From: Terrimicrobiaceae bacterium
GTDB taxonomy: Bacteria > Verrucomicrobiota > Verrucomicrobiia > Chthoniobacterales > Terrimicrobiaceae
Reading direction: 5' to 3'
Assembly: GCA_041752695.1 (NCBI GenBank)
Contig: JBGSVZ010000015.1
Location: 1-16,268 of the forward strand
DNA length: 16,268 nucleotides
The notes under the pieces were generated by a model that did not search any database, was not told the DNA's origin, and saw only the letters and a list, made by a program, of their open reading frames with translations. The translations under genes were made by a program, and so were the position numbers. Each line of letters opens with the position of its first letter. Positions within the stretch are counted from its first letter, which is position 1. Shown in pieces: positions 1-7,822 of the stretch.

Positions 1-1228
1 CCTTGCGGACGGTCTCGCGCGCCTTGCGGGCAGCCTCGCGGGCGCGGGCGGCCATGAGGCATTTGTCGACGATGCGTTTGCCGACGTTGGGGTTTTGATC
101 GAAATGCAGCATCAGCCCTTCGTAGCTGACCGAACCCACCACGCTGTCCACTTCCGGTGAGATGAGTTTCACCTTGGTCTGGGATTCAAAACGTGGGTCG
201 GGGTGCTTTACGCTGACCACCGCAGCGAGACCTTCCAGCACGTCGTTGCCGGTGATCGGGACGTCCTTTTCTTTCAGCAGCGAATTGTTTTTCGCGTACT
301 GATTGATGGCACGCGTCAGCGAGCCTCGGAAACCGCTACTGTGCGTGCCGCCGTCCGGATTGGGCACGGCGTTTGTGTAGCAGAGAAGTTGCTCGTTGTA
401 GGTGTCCGTGTAATGCAGGCCGATCTCGACAATGATCTTGTCCCGCGACCCCTTGATCATGATGGGCTTGGGATGGACCACCGATTTGTTTTCCACGAGA
501 CGAGCGACAAAATCCTCCACCCCCCGCGGATGCTGGATCTGCACGGGCCGGGCGCCATCCTGGCGTTCGTCGAGGAAGGTGAATGACAGCGGCGCGTTGA
601 TGTAAGCCAGATCGTTGAGACGCGTGATGATGCGTTCGGCCTTGAACTCGATGGTTTCCTGGAAAATCTCTGTGTCCGGCATGAACGTGATCAGCGTGCC
701 GGTGTGCTTTTTGTTTTTCACCTCGGCGATGACATGCAAAGCCTGCTTGGTCGCCCCGCGCTCGAAGGACATCGCGTGGATCTTGCCATCACGGGTCACC
801 TCGACCTTGAACCACTCGGAGACCGCGTTGACGCATTTCGCGCCCACTCCGTGCGTGCCGCCGGAGTATTCGTAGTTACCCTGGCCGTATTTGCCGCCGG
901 AGTGGAGGCGGGTCAGCACCAGCTCGACGCCCGGAATGCCTTCCTCCTTGTTGATGTCCACGGGGATTCCCCGCCCGTTGTCGCTGATGGAAATCGACCC
1001 ATCGCTGTGAATATTGACATCAATGTGGGTGCAATAGCCGGCCAGGAATTCATCCACCGAATTGTCGAGCACCTCAGACACGCAGTGGTGGAGGGCGCGT
1101 TCATCGGTGCCGCCAATGTACATACCAGGCTTCTTGCGGACGGCTTCGAGCCCCTTCAGGGAACTCAGATCGTCGGCGTTGTATTCCGTTTTTTTAGAGG
1201 CGGTCTCGGATTTCGGGGCGTCGGACAT
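1..1228 (-). CDS. gyrB: DNA gyrase subunit B, 5' part (runs off the left edge of the window)
   Basis: Manual translation from ATG at 1228 gives MSDAPKSETASKKTEYNADDLSSLKGLEAVRKKPGMYIGGTD...EVLDNSVDE...DNGRGIPVD...LHSGGKY...GGTHGVGAKCVNAVS...DGGTH...FESQTKVKL...ARAREAARKARETVRK. These are GHKL ATPase and transducer motifs of GyrB. The frame is open to position 2. Confidence 0.96.
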   Translation of the reverse strand, partial: MSDAPKSETASKKTEYNADDLSSLKGLEAVRKKPGMYIGGTDERALHHCVSEVLDNSVDEFLAGYCTHIDVNIHSDGSISISDNGRGIPVDINKEEGIPGVELVLTRLHSGGKYGQGNYEYSGGTHGVGAKCVNAVSEWFKVEVTRDGKIHAMSFERGATKQALHVIAEVKNKKHTGTLITFMPDTEIFQETIEFKAERIITRLNDLAYINAPLSFTFLDERQDGARPVQIQHPRGVEDFVARLVENKSVVHPKPIMIKGSRDKIIVEIGLHYTDTYNEQLLCYTNAVPNPDGGTHSSGFRGSLTRAINQYAKNNSLLKEKDVPITGNDVLEGLAAVVSVKHPDPRFESQTKVKLISPEVDSVVGSVSYEGLMLHFDQNPNVGKRIVDKCLMAARAREAARKARETVRK

Positions 1229-1274
1229 CGGGAAAGATATAAAGTTGGTTCAGGCGGAAAACCTGAATCTTTAA

Positions 1275-1303
1275 ATCCTAGAGGGAAGCCCCGGGGGCGA
1301 CAA
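1275..1303 (-). promoter_or_regulatory. Putative sigma70 promoter of gyrB
   Basis: Minus strand reads TTGTCG (1303-1298), 17 nt, TAGGAT (1280-1275), about 45 nt upstream of the gyrB ATG. Confidence 0.55.
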
Positions 1304-1323
1304 CCGTTTTCTTATGGTCAACT

Positions 1324-1371
1324 CCACAGGATATGGGGACTTCCCAAGTCCGCGCCCACAAGATATGGGGT
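1324..1371. promoter_or_regulatory. Tandem NrdR-box-like operator pair
   Basis: CCACAGGATATGGGGA (1324-1339) and CCACAAGATATGGGGT (1356-1371) are 32 bp apart. They match the NrdR consensus acaCwAtATaTwGtgt at 10/16 and 12/16 positions. Confidence 0.65.
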
Positions 1372-1383
1372 CAAGCCGACAAA

Positions 1384-2958
1384 ATGACGGTCTTCCTCCG
1401 AAAATTCCTTCCCTGGGCGAGTCTGGCGGTCTTTCTCAGCCTGACCTTCGCGGTCCGCTGCTGGAATTTTCCGCAGGTTTTCCACTCCGAGGGCGTCTTT
1501 TTTGTGGATGCGGATTGTTATTCCCGCATGACCCGCGTCCTGCGGGTCCTGGACGCGCCCCTCCAGTCGATCCGGCAGCATGACTTCGAAAATGCCCCCG
1601 ACGGCACCGCGCCCCATACCACGGCGCCCATGGATCTCTCCATTGCCGGCCTGGCTTTCCTTTTTGACGGGCAATTTTCCCTCCTCGACTCCAACCGTGC
1701 CGCCGACATGGCGGGGGCTTTTATCTCCCCCCTCCTCGGCATTTTGCTGGTGGCGTTTCTCTGGGGGTGGGCGCGCACCCTCAACCTCCCCTACCGGAAT
1801 GCCATGCTGCTGCTGGTCACGGTGTCGCCCATTCTTGTTCACGGCTTTCTGCTCGGTCGCCCGGACCACCAATCGCTGATTCTGCTGCTCGTCGGGATCG
1901 CCATTGCGGCAGAGATCGCGATCTGGCAGCGCCACGCCGCGGGCTGGGGTGTGGTGTCCGCTGCCGCCTGGGGACTGGCCCTCTGGACATCGCTCTTCGA
2001 GCCTCTCATTCTCCTGCTGGCCATCCTGGCCTGCCGGGGTCTGGTCCGGGGACGCGAGGCTTTCGCGCTGCGCAATCGACCCGCCGCGGCGACCTTCGTC
2101 GGCGTGCTGCTGGTCGCGCTGATCTTCGACGGCTGGCGTTTTCAGCCTTCCGGCACCACTGGTGAGGCCTTCTCGCGCTGGGCGCAAACCATCGGCGAGC
2201 TCAATCCCCTCACCCTCAAACAACTTCTCCCCTGGACCGGCTGGCTCCTGCCGGTCGTGCCCGTGCTGTTGATCATGCGTTTCACCAAGGAACGCTGCAG
2301 GATCAGCCTTGCTTTGGCGCTGCTCGTCCTTTTCACCATCGGCCTGTCGCTCTGGTATGCCCGCTGGGGGTATTTCCTGGCCCTCCTTTTTGCCATGAGC
2401 CTGCCCTGGGCCCTGGCCGCCGTGCCGTGGAAACCCGCCGTTTGGGCGCTCTTTCTTCTTTCGCTCTGGCCCATGGCCAGTGAATGGGACCGACAACTTT
2501 TCCCGTCAAAAGCGGTCGCCGATGCCCGCACCGAGGCGAGGGAGGACGCCCATCTTCTGCGCGAGACCGCCTTGTTTCTCCGTTCTGCCGAAGCCGGCAA
2601 TGTGCTTGCCCCGTGGTGGCTCAGCCCTCCCCTGGCGTATTGGTCCGGCCTGCCCTGCGTGGCGGGAAGCTCACACCAAAGTCTCCCCGGCATCGTGGAA
2701 ACCGCGAAATTTTACACGTCCACCACCGATCTTGAAGCTCGCGATATCCTTCAGCGCCGAGAGGTCCGTTGGGTTGTTGCCTACGAACCCTCCCGGGTCA
2801 TCGCCAACTCCTCCCAGATCCTCGGGCGCGCCCCCTCCGGCATTCCGCTCGTGCAAAGACTCTACGCCCGGCCCCTTTTCCCACCGGCCTTCCTGCGCAG
2901 CGCGTATCAAAATTCCTTCTTCAAGGTCTTTGAAACCACGGGCGTGTCTTCCCCGTGA
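1384..2958 (+). CDS. STT3/AglB/PglB-like (GT-C fold) oligosaccharyltransferase homologue, multi-pass membrane protein, about 524 aa
   Basis: Many hydrophobic segments. Motifs occur in STT3 order: FVDADCYSRMTR, DFENAPDG, LLGRPDHQ, WAQTIGELNP (TIxE), VLAPWWLSPPLAYW (WWDYG position), ARDILQRREVRWVV. ATG 1384 is preferred over 1333 because the longer start runs through the operator pair. Confidence 0.8.
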   Translation: MTVFLRKFLPWASLAVFLSLTFAVRCWNFPQVFHSEGVFFVDADCYSRMTRVLRVLDAPLQSIRQHDFENAPDGTAPHTTAPMDLSIAGLAFLFDGQFSLLDSNRAADMAGAFISPLLGILLVAFLWGWARTLNLPYRNAMLLLVTVSPILVHGFLLGRPDHQSLILLLVGIAIAAEIAIWQRHAAGWGVVSAAAWGLALWTSLFEPLILLLAILACRGLVRGREAFALRNRPAAATFVGVLLVALIFDGWRFQPSGTTGEAFSRWAQTIGELNPLTLKQLLPWTGWLLPVVPVLLIMRFTKERCRISLALALLVLFTIGLSLWYARWGYFLALLFAMSLPWALAAVPWKPAVWALFLLSLWPMASEWDRQLFPSKAVADARTEAREDAHLLRETALFLRSAEAGNVLAPWWLSPPLAYWSGLPCVAGSSHQSLPGIVETAKFYTSTTDLEARDILQRREVRWVVAYEPSRVIANSSQILGRAPSGIPLVQRLYARPLFPPAFLRSAYQNSFFKVFETTGVSSP

Positions 2959-2975
2959 TGAAGTGAGACTCCGCT

Positions 2976-4283
2976 TCAACCCCGGCTCACCCAATCGGGC
3001 AGGCGGATGGTAACCTGCGCTCGCAAACGACAAAGCAGACTGTAGAGACCGAAAAAGGTGCGATTCACATAGATCGTGTCCGGCGAGCCACGGCGTCCGC
3101 GCAGGGTGCGTAGCAAATTGTCTTTCCGACTTTCTTCCCCGAGGTCGTAGATCTCCTGCAAAAAACCCTCCTGGCCAAAATCAAATACTGCTCCGCGAAA
3201 AGGACGGGCTAGGAGTTCCAGCCACTGTCGGCAGGAAACCAGCACCCGTTCCCGATCCTCCGGAGCATCTTCCGGCAGGAGAACATTCAACGCCTCCAAG
3301 GCCTCGGTCAAAGCACCCGGCTGCTCCATCAGTTCCGGCGCGAGAAACCGAAATTGTTTCCGATAAAAATCCTCGGTGATCATCTTGGTGCAGCCGAAGT
3401 CCAGAACCCGGACGTCACCGTTCGCCACAACAAAATTCCCCGGATGCGGGTCGGCATGAAACAGCCGCATCTCATGGACCTGACGGTGATAAAAATCCCA
3501 GAGGGCCTGCCCCACCCGATCGCGTTCTTCCTGACGGGTCGGACCGTCGGCGAACCCATCAAGGGTCACTCCTTCCGCCCATTCCATCGTCAGAACTTTG
3601 CCCGAGGAAAACTCGGGGAAATATTCCGCAAAGCTGACGCCCGGAATATCCGCACAGGCCAGGGAGATTTCCTGCGCACGGCGAAGCTCCTGCCGGTAGT
3701 CCGTTTCCTCGAGAAGCTTGGTTTCCACCTCCCGAAAATAGTCCGCCACATCGCTCTCGCGCAGGCCAAGCACCTGCAGGGCGAAGGGTTTCACCAACCA
3801 GAGGTCGCTCCGCAAACTCTCCGCCACTCCCGGATATTGGACCTTCACGGCAAAATCGCGCCCGTCTTTGGTCGCCCGATGGACCTGTCCGATCGACGCA
3901 CCATGCACGGCGTCTTGAGAAAAGGTGTCGAAAACCTGAAGCGGGTCTCGCCCGAATTCCCGCCGGAACGTCCGCACGACCAAGGGGTAAGAAAGAGGCG
4001 GCGCGGAATGTTGCGCGCGCGAAAACTGCCGCGCATAGGCCGGCGGCAGCAAATTCTGATCCATGCTCAACATCTGGGCCAGCTTGAGCGGACCGCCTTT
4101 GAGTTCGCTGAAAGTTTTGAAAATGTCGGCCGCGTTTTCTTCATGAAGCCGTTCGTTCCCCCCACCGGAAACCATGCGTCGACCATAATGCTTCAGATAG
4201 TTCAGGCCGACCTTCGCGCCTGTCCCCGCGAGGCTCACCATCCGGGACGCCGGCGTGCTTTGGATGGAGTCCTGGACGTCCAT
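2976..4283 (-). CDS. UbiB/ABC1/AarF (COQ8-like) atypical kinase family protein
   Basis: LKGGPLKLAQMLS (KxGQ position), GASIGQVHRA, AVKVQYPG, ETDY..E, HADPHPGNF and LDFG motifs. Confidence 0.93.
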   Translation of the reverse strand: MDVQDSIQSTPASRMVSLAGTGAKVGLNYLKHYGRRMVSGGGNERLHEENAADIFKTFSELKGGPLKLAQMLSMDQNLLPPAYARQFSRAQHSAPPLSYPLVVRTFRREFGRDPLQVFDTFSQDAVHGASIGQVHRATKDGRDFAVKVQYPGVAESLRSDLWLVKPFALQVLGLRESDVADYFREVETKLLEETDYRQELRRAQEISLACADIPGVSFAEYFPEFSSGKVLTMEWAEGVTLDGFADGPTRQEERDRVGQALWDFYHRQVHEMRLFHADPHPGNFVVANGDVRVLDFGCTKMITEDFYRKQFRFLAPELMEQPGALTEALEALNVLLPEDAPEDRERVLVSCRQWLELLARPFRGAVFDFGQEGFLQEIYDLGEESRKDNLLRTLRGRRGSPDTIYVNRTFFGLYSLLCRLRAQVTIRLPDWVSRG

Positions 4284-4913
4284 TTAATGCGGCCGCGGAA
4301 AAAGAAACTTTAGGAAATCGAAGGCCGAATCCAGCGCCTGCCGCCCGATGAGATCGAAAGCTAGGGTGGTGGATTTTTCGATGAAGGCATCCGTCCGTTC
4401 GTATCCCGGGCTGGTGTCCCGCAGATGAAAATCCACCACAGCGCGGAAATGCAGCGCAAAGGCCGCGGGATAGACCTGTCCGATCGGTCCGCGTCCGGCG
4501 ATTTCGCCCCGGTCCCGACCATGCTCCAACACGGGCACAAAAAATTTCCCAAAACCTGTTTCCAAGCCCCGCAAATGACCCGGCCAGACGACTGGTGGGC
4601 CTTTTCCCACCCTCGCGAGCAGAAGGCTCCGCCAGCCCAGCGACTCTTCACAGAAGGCAAAAAGGAAGGCGAGCAGTCGCTGACGGGCCGAGAACCCCGA
4701 CCATTCCGGGCCGGACTCCACCGCCTGCGCCACCCGATCCACCAAACCCCGCCACATTTCCGACTCGACCGCGTCGAAGCTGGCAAAGTGTTGAAAAAAC
4801 TCCCGCTCCCCGATTTCCAACTCACGGCAGAACTTAAAAACTGTCGCGGGCGGAGCTCCGTGCTCACGAAGGTAGGCGCCGTAGGCTTCGAGAATCTTTG
4901 CGCGTATTTCCAC
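4284..4913 (-). CDS. TetR-fold protein (TetR/AcrR-like regulator)
   Basis: N-terminal HTH-like segment (PATVFKFCRELEIGEREFFQHFASFDAV) and a helical C-domain ending ERTDAFIEKSTTLAFDLI. Its TAA stop directly abuts the kinase ATG (TAAATG). GTG start. Confidence 0.8.
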   Translation of the reverse strand: MEIRAKILEAYGAYLREHGAPPATVFKFCRELEIGEREFFQHFASFDAVESEMWRGLVDRVAQAVESGPEWSGFSARQRLLAFLFAFCEESLGWRSLLLARVGKGPPVVWPGHLRGLETGFGKFFVPVLEHGRDRGEIAGRGPIGQVYPAAFALHFRAVVDFHLRDTSPGYERTDAFIEKSTTLAFDLIGRQALDSAFDFLKFLFPRPH

Positions 4914-4967
4914 GACTGAGGATACGCCCCGAAGGCGAAAGGTGGTCGCAACAAAAAGAAGGGGCGC

Positions 4968-5927
4968 TCAGCAAATCCGCCCCCGTTTGCCCGCCACAGA
5001 ATGGGCAAGCGGGTTCGGACCAATCCATCGTTCATCAGCGGGCTCACTGGCGCGCTGATAGCGGGTGTCGCTGGAGAGGCGGATGCGGTCCGTGGAGTTA
5101 TCCAGGGAACCGTGGATCATTTGCATATTGAAGGTCAGCAAGTCCCCCATGCGCCACTCGCGCGCAGTCAGCCACCGCGTCCAGAATTTTTCCGGCAGGG
5201 TATCACTGCGGGCGGAGAGCCAATCCCGCTGACTCCATCGGCCTGCCAGGGCCAGGGCAGTATCCTTGGGACGGTTTTCACAATACGAATCCACGTCGGT
5301 GCTGAGGTAGTTTTTGATGCGCTCAGCCTGAAGGTGCGATCTTTCGAGCATCAGCAGACCGCCCACCTCCAAGGGCACGTCCCCATAGGGAATCCAGCAC
5401 GTGAGAAGATGCGGCGTGCCCCGACTCATGTAGACCCAGTCGCAATGAGCGGGCGTCCCGAACCCGGGCCCGATGGCACGCAGCCATTTGTAGTCAAAAG
5501 CGCGCACCGTCTCGCCGAAGAGTTTTTCGTAAAAACTGAAAATCTCCGGACCAAACACCACCCGGTCGATCGCGGCGTTGTTTTCGGTCAGATCCGGCTT
5601 AAAAGCCGTCCGCTTTTCCGGATCGGGATGGGCAATCCCGTCAACGGGCCGGCGATCCGGGTGAAGGAAGCCCTGTCCCGCCAATCGATCGGTCAACGAA
5701 ACCCGGGCGGCCAGAATGAGCTCCCGGTCAAAAAATCCCGGTAAATACAGATACCCCTCGTCCTTCATCCGACGCTGCAATTCTTCGGGGTTGTCCAGAG
5801 CGTCATCGGAGGGCGCGAGAAACCCAAAGCGTTTCGGTGAGAGATCAAGTTCATGCCCTCGGGCCGTGAGGCGGGGGATTTTTGGACGAAACCGGACGGT
5901 CTCGGAAGGGGAAAGGAGTTGGCTCAT
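4968..5927 (-). CDS. Phytanoyl-CoA dioxygenase (PhyH) family Fe(II)/2-oxoglutarate dioxygenase
   Basis: EGYLYLPG, TPAHCD (HxD), TCWIPYGD, GDLLTF..MIHGSLDN (distal His) and RLSSDTRYQ. ATG 5927, with GAGGG upstream, is preferred over 6017. Confidence 0.9.
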   Translation of the reverse strand: MSQLLSPSETVRFRPKIPRLTARGHELDLSPKRFGFLAPSDDALDNPEELQRRMKDEGYLYLPGFFDRELILAARVSLTDRLAGQGFLHPDRRPVDGIAHPDPEKRTAFKPDLTENNAAIDRVVFGPEIFSFYEKLFGETVRAFDYKWLRAIGPGFGTPAHCDWVYMSRGTPHLLTCWIPYGDVPLEVGGLLMLERSHLQAERIKNYLSTDVDSYCENRPKDTALALAGRWSQRDWLSARSDTLPEKFWTRWLTAREWRMGDLLTFNMQMIHGSLDNSTDRIRLSSDTRYQRASEPADERWIGPNPLAHSVAGKRGRIC

Positions 5928-6015
5928 GGTCAGTCTGAACGCCCTCAAAGATAGCACAGCCGTGGCCCGGGAGATATGGGTTGACTGGCAAATCGCTTGT
6001 GTATTTTGGTATGTC

Positions 6016-6882
6016 ATGCCCCGTCAGAAAACCAGCCTGATCTTTCGCGCGGTGGACGTGCGCACCACGCCCGCCGGGCGCATCGTGGAAGCGGCACATT
6101 TGTCGAACGGGATTGGAGCAGGGAACGGGGTTCCAAGACGATACCCTGTGCGAGCCGCGGTATTACTTGTGCGTGGCGGCGGCCATTTCCGGGACACGCG
6201 GGGCTTTTCGGTGACGGTGCAGGCTGGCGACCTGCTCGTGATTCATCCCCGGATTGGCCACAGTTACGGCCCCGCCGCGGGAGACGAATGGGAAGAGTGG
6301 TATGTGGCTTTTTCCGGGCCCGTTTTTGACGCCTTGGAAACCTGTGGAGTCCTGGATTTGAGCCGCCCCGTGTGGCGATTAGGCGACCTGACCACCTGGC
6401 TCGCGCGTTTTAAAGCCATCTTCCCCCCTGCGGGCCGGGCCGTGGAGGCTTCTGACCAAGTGGGGGCACTCGCGGCCTGGCTTCTCCGAGCCTCCGCCCA
6501 CGCCAATGCCCTGGCCATGCCACAGGTGCAGAACGATGCCTGGCTGACGCAGGCTCAACAGCGGCTGGCCACTCCTGGCGAGGAATACGGCGACCTGCCC
6601 GCGGTCGCCCGCTTTTGCGGCCTGGGGTATGAAACGTTCCGGAAACGATTCACCATCCTCACCGGAGAGAGCCCGGCACGGTATCGACGGCGGCTCCTCA
6701 TTTTGCGCGCCCAGTGCCTGATGCGCGAACGCGACCTGCCCGACCGCGCCATTGCAGCCGCGCTTGGGTTTTGCGACGAGTTTCATTTCTCCAAAACCTT
6801 CAAACAAATTTCTGGATCCAGTCCGCGTCAATGGAGACTCAATGAGGGTAAGGAACTCAGTGTTGGCGGCAGAGTCCCATGA
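6016..6882 (+). CDS. AraC-family transcriptional regulator
   Basis: Cupin-like N-domain (GDLLVIHPRIGHSYG...WEEWYVAFSG) and C-terminal double HTH (FRKRF..LTGESPARY...IAAALGFCDEFHFSKTFKQISGSSPRQWR). It is divergent from the dioxygenase across 88 bp. Start taken as ATG 6016. Confidence 0.92.
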   Translation: MPRQKTSLIFRAVDVRTTPAGRIVEAAHLSNGIGAGNGVPRRYPVRAAVLLVRGGGHFRDTRGFSVTVQAGDLLVIHPRIGHSYGPAAGDEWEEWYVAFSGPVFDALETCGVLDLSRPVWRLGDLTTWLARFKAIFPPAGRAVEASDQVGALAAWLLRASAHANALAMPQVQNDAWLTQAQQRLATPGEEYGDLPAVARFCGLGYETFRKRFTILTGESPARYRRRLLILRAQCLMRERDLPDRAIAAALGFCDEFHFSKTFKQISGSSPRQWRLNEGKELSVGGRVP

Positions 6883-6925
6883 CGTCCCCGTCCCCGGGCG
6901 GCGCTAGCAGGAGGGCCCTGCCGGG

Positions 6926-7792
6926 TCAGGATGCCCCGCGGGCGAGGGCAAAGAAGTCCCCAAAGATCCCGTCGCGATCCACCTGCACGGCAATCTCGAT
7001 CGACCGGCGTCCGGCCGGCGTGGGCTGTTCCCAGGTGAGATCGTCACGCAGCACCGGGCTGGGCGACGTGCGGGTTCGCACCCACTGGCGATTTATCAAC
7101 CACGCCGTGGCAGCGAGATCCCAGATCACCTTCGACCAGCCGAGGCGATTGCCATCGTATTCGCGGACGATGTTCGTCAGATAGGCGCCAAGACGACTGT
7201 AGGGCTCAAGTTCTTTTTCGAGCTCGGCCACGGTGGTTTTCAGGTGCGAGGTCACCGGGATGCAGGGCAAAAGCACCAGCGGCACCGGATCATTCAGCAG
7301 CACCCGGGCGGCGTGAAGATCCTGGCGGAGATTAAACTCGTCCGTATTCTCCCAGAATGGCGCATGCCCACCCAGCCAGGCGACCTGAATTTTCCCGGCG
7401 ATGCGCGGTTCCATCAATAGGGCCGAGGCCACATTTGTGCAGGCGCCGATGGCCAAAACATACAGAGTGTCCTCCGCCGCCATGGCACGTTCGATCAGAT
7501 CACACGCCGCCTCGCTCTCGACCGGCAAACGGGCCCCGGACAGAAACGCGGTGCTGCCGCGGCAGACTTTGGGGCGGGTCGACGGATTGAGCAGGTCAAG
7601 CACGCGGTGGATTTCTTCGCAGCTCTTCTCCATCCCCTCACCCGGCCCGGAGGAACGATCATTAAAAAACGGCGCTGCATGAACCGCCTGCACCTCGAAA
7701 TCGTCGCCATGCAGCATCAGGTGGGCCAGGGCGAACTGGTCATCCACCTCATTGAAGGTGTCGGTATCGAGAATGACGGAGGGTCGTTTCAT
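6926..7792 (-). CDS. Nucleoside hydrolase (inosine/uridine-preferring NH superfamily)
   Basis: Asp-rich N-terminal motif ILDTDTFNEVDDQFAL, plus AIGACTNVASAL, WLGG, EFNL..D..AA and VIWD. Confidence 0.9.
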   Translation of the reverse strand: MKRPSVILDTDTFNEVDDQFALAHLMLHGDDFEVQAVHAAPFFNDRSSGPGEGMEKSCEEIHRVLDLLNPSTRPKVCRGSTAFLSGARLPVESEAACDLIERAMAAEDTLYVLAIGACTNVASALLMEPRIAGKIQVAWLGGHAPFWENTDEFNLRQDLHAARVLLNDPVPLVLLPCIPVTSHLKTTVAELEKELEPYSRLGAYLTNIVREYDGNRLGWSKVIWDLAATAWLINRQWVRTRTSPSPVLRDDLTWEQPTPAGRRSIEIAVQVDRDGIFGDFFALARGAS

Positions 7793-7822
7793 GCCTGAGA
7801 CTTCCAGATTTCACCAGCCATG

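Noticed and set aside
1..1228. parE as an alternative call
   Set aside because: The transducer-end sequence ARAREAARKARETVRK and the overall motif pattern fit GyrB better. ParE is not formally excluded without a phylogeny.
203..1387. Plus-strand ORFs 203-586, 615-875 and 704-1387
   Set aside because: They are antisense shadows of gyrB, which occupies the minus strand and was missed by the ORF track because it lacks a stop in the window.
5986..6000. Sigma54-like TGGCAAATCGCTTGT upstream of AraC
   Set aside because: The -12 element is GT rather than the conserved GC, and a sigma70-like reading is equally available.
5716..6017. Extended N-termini of AraC (from 5716) and the dioxygenase (from 6017)
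   Set aside because: They would overlap each other head to head. The internal ATGs at 6016 and 5927 give normal domain boundaries.
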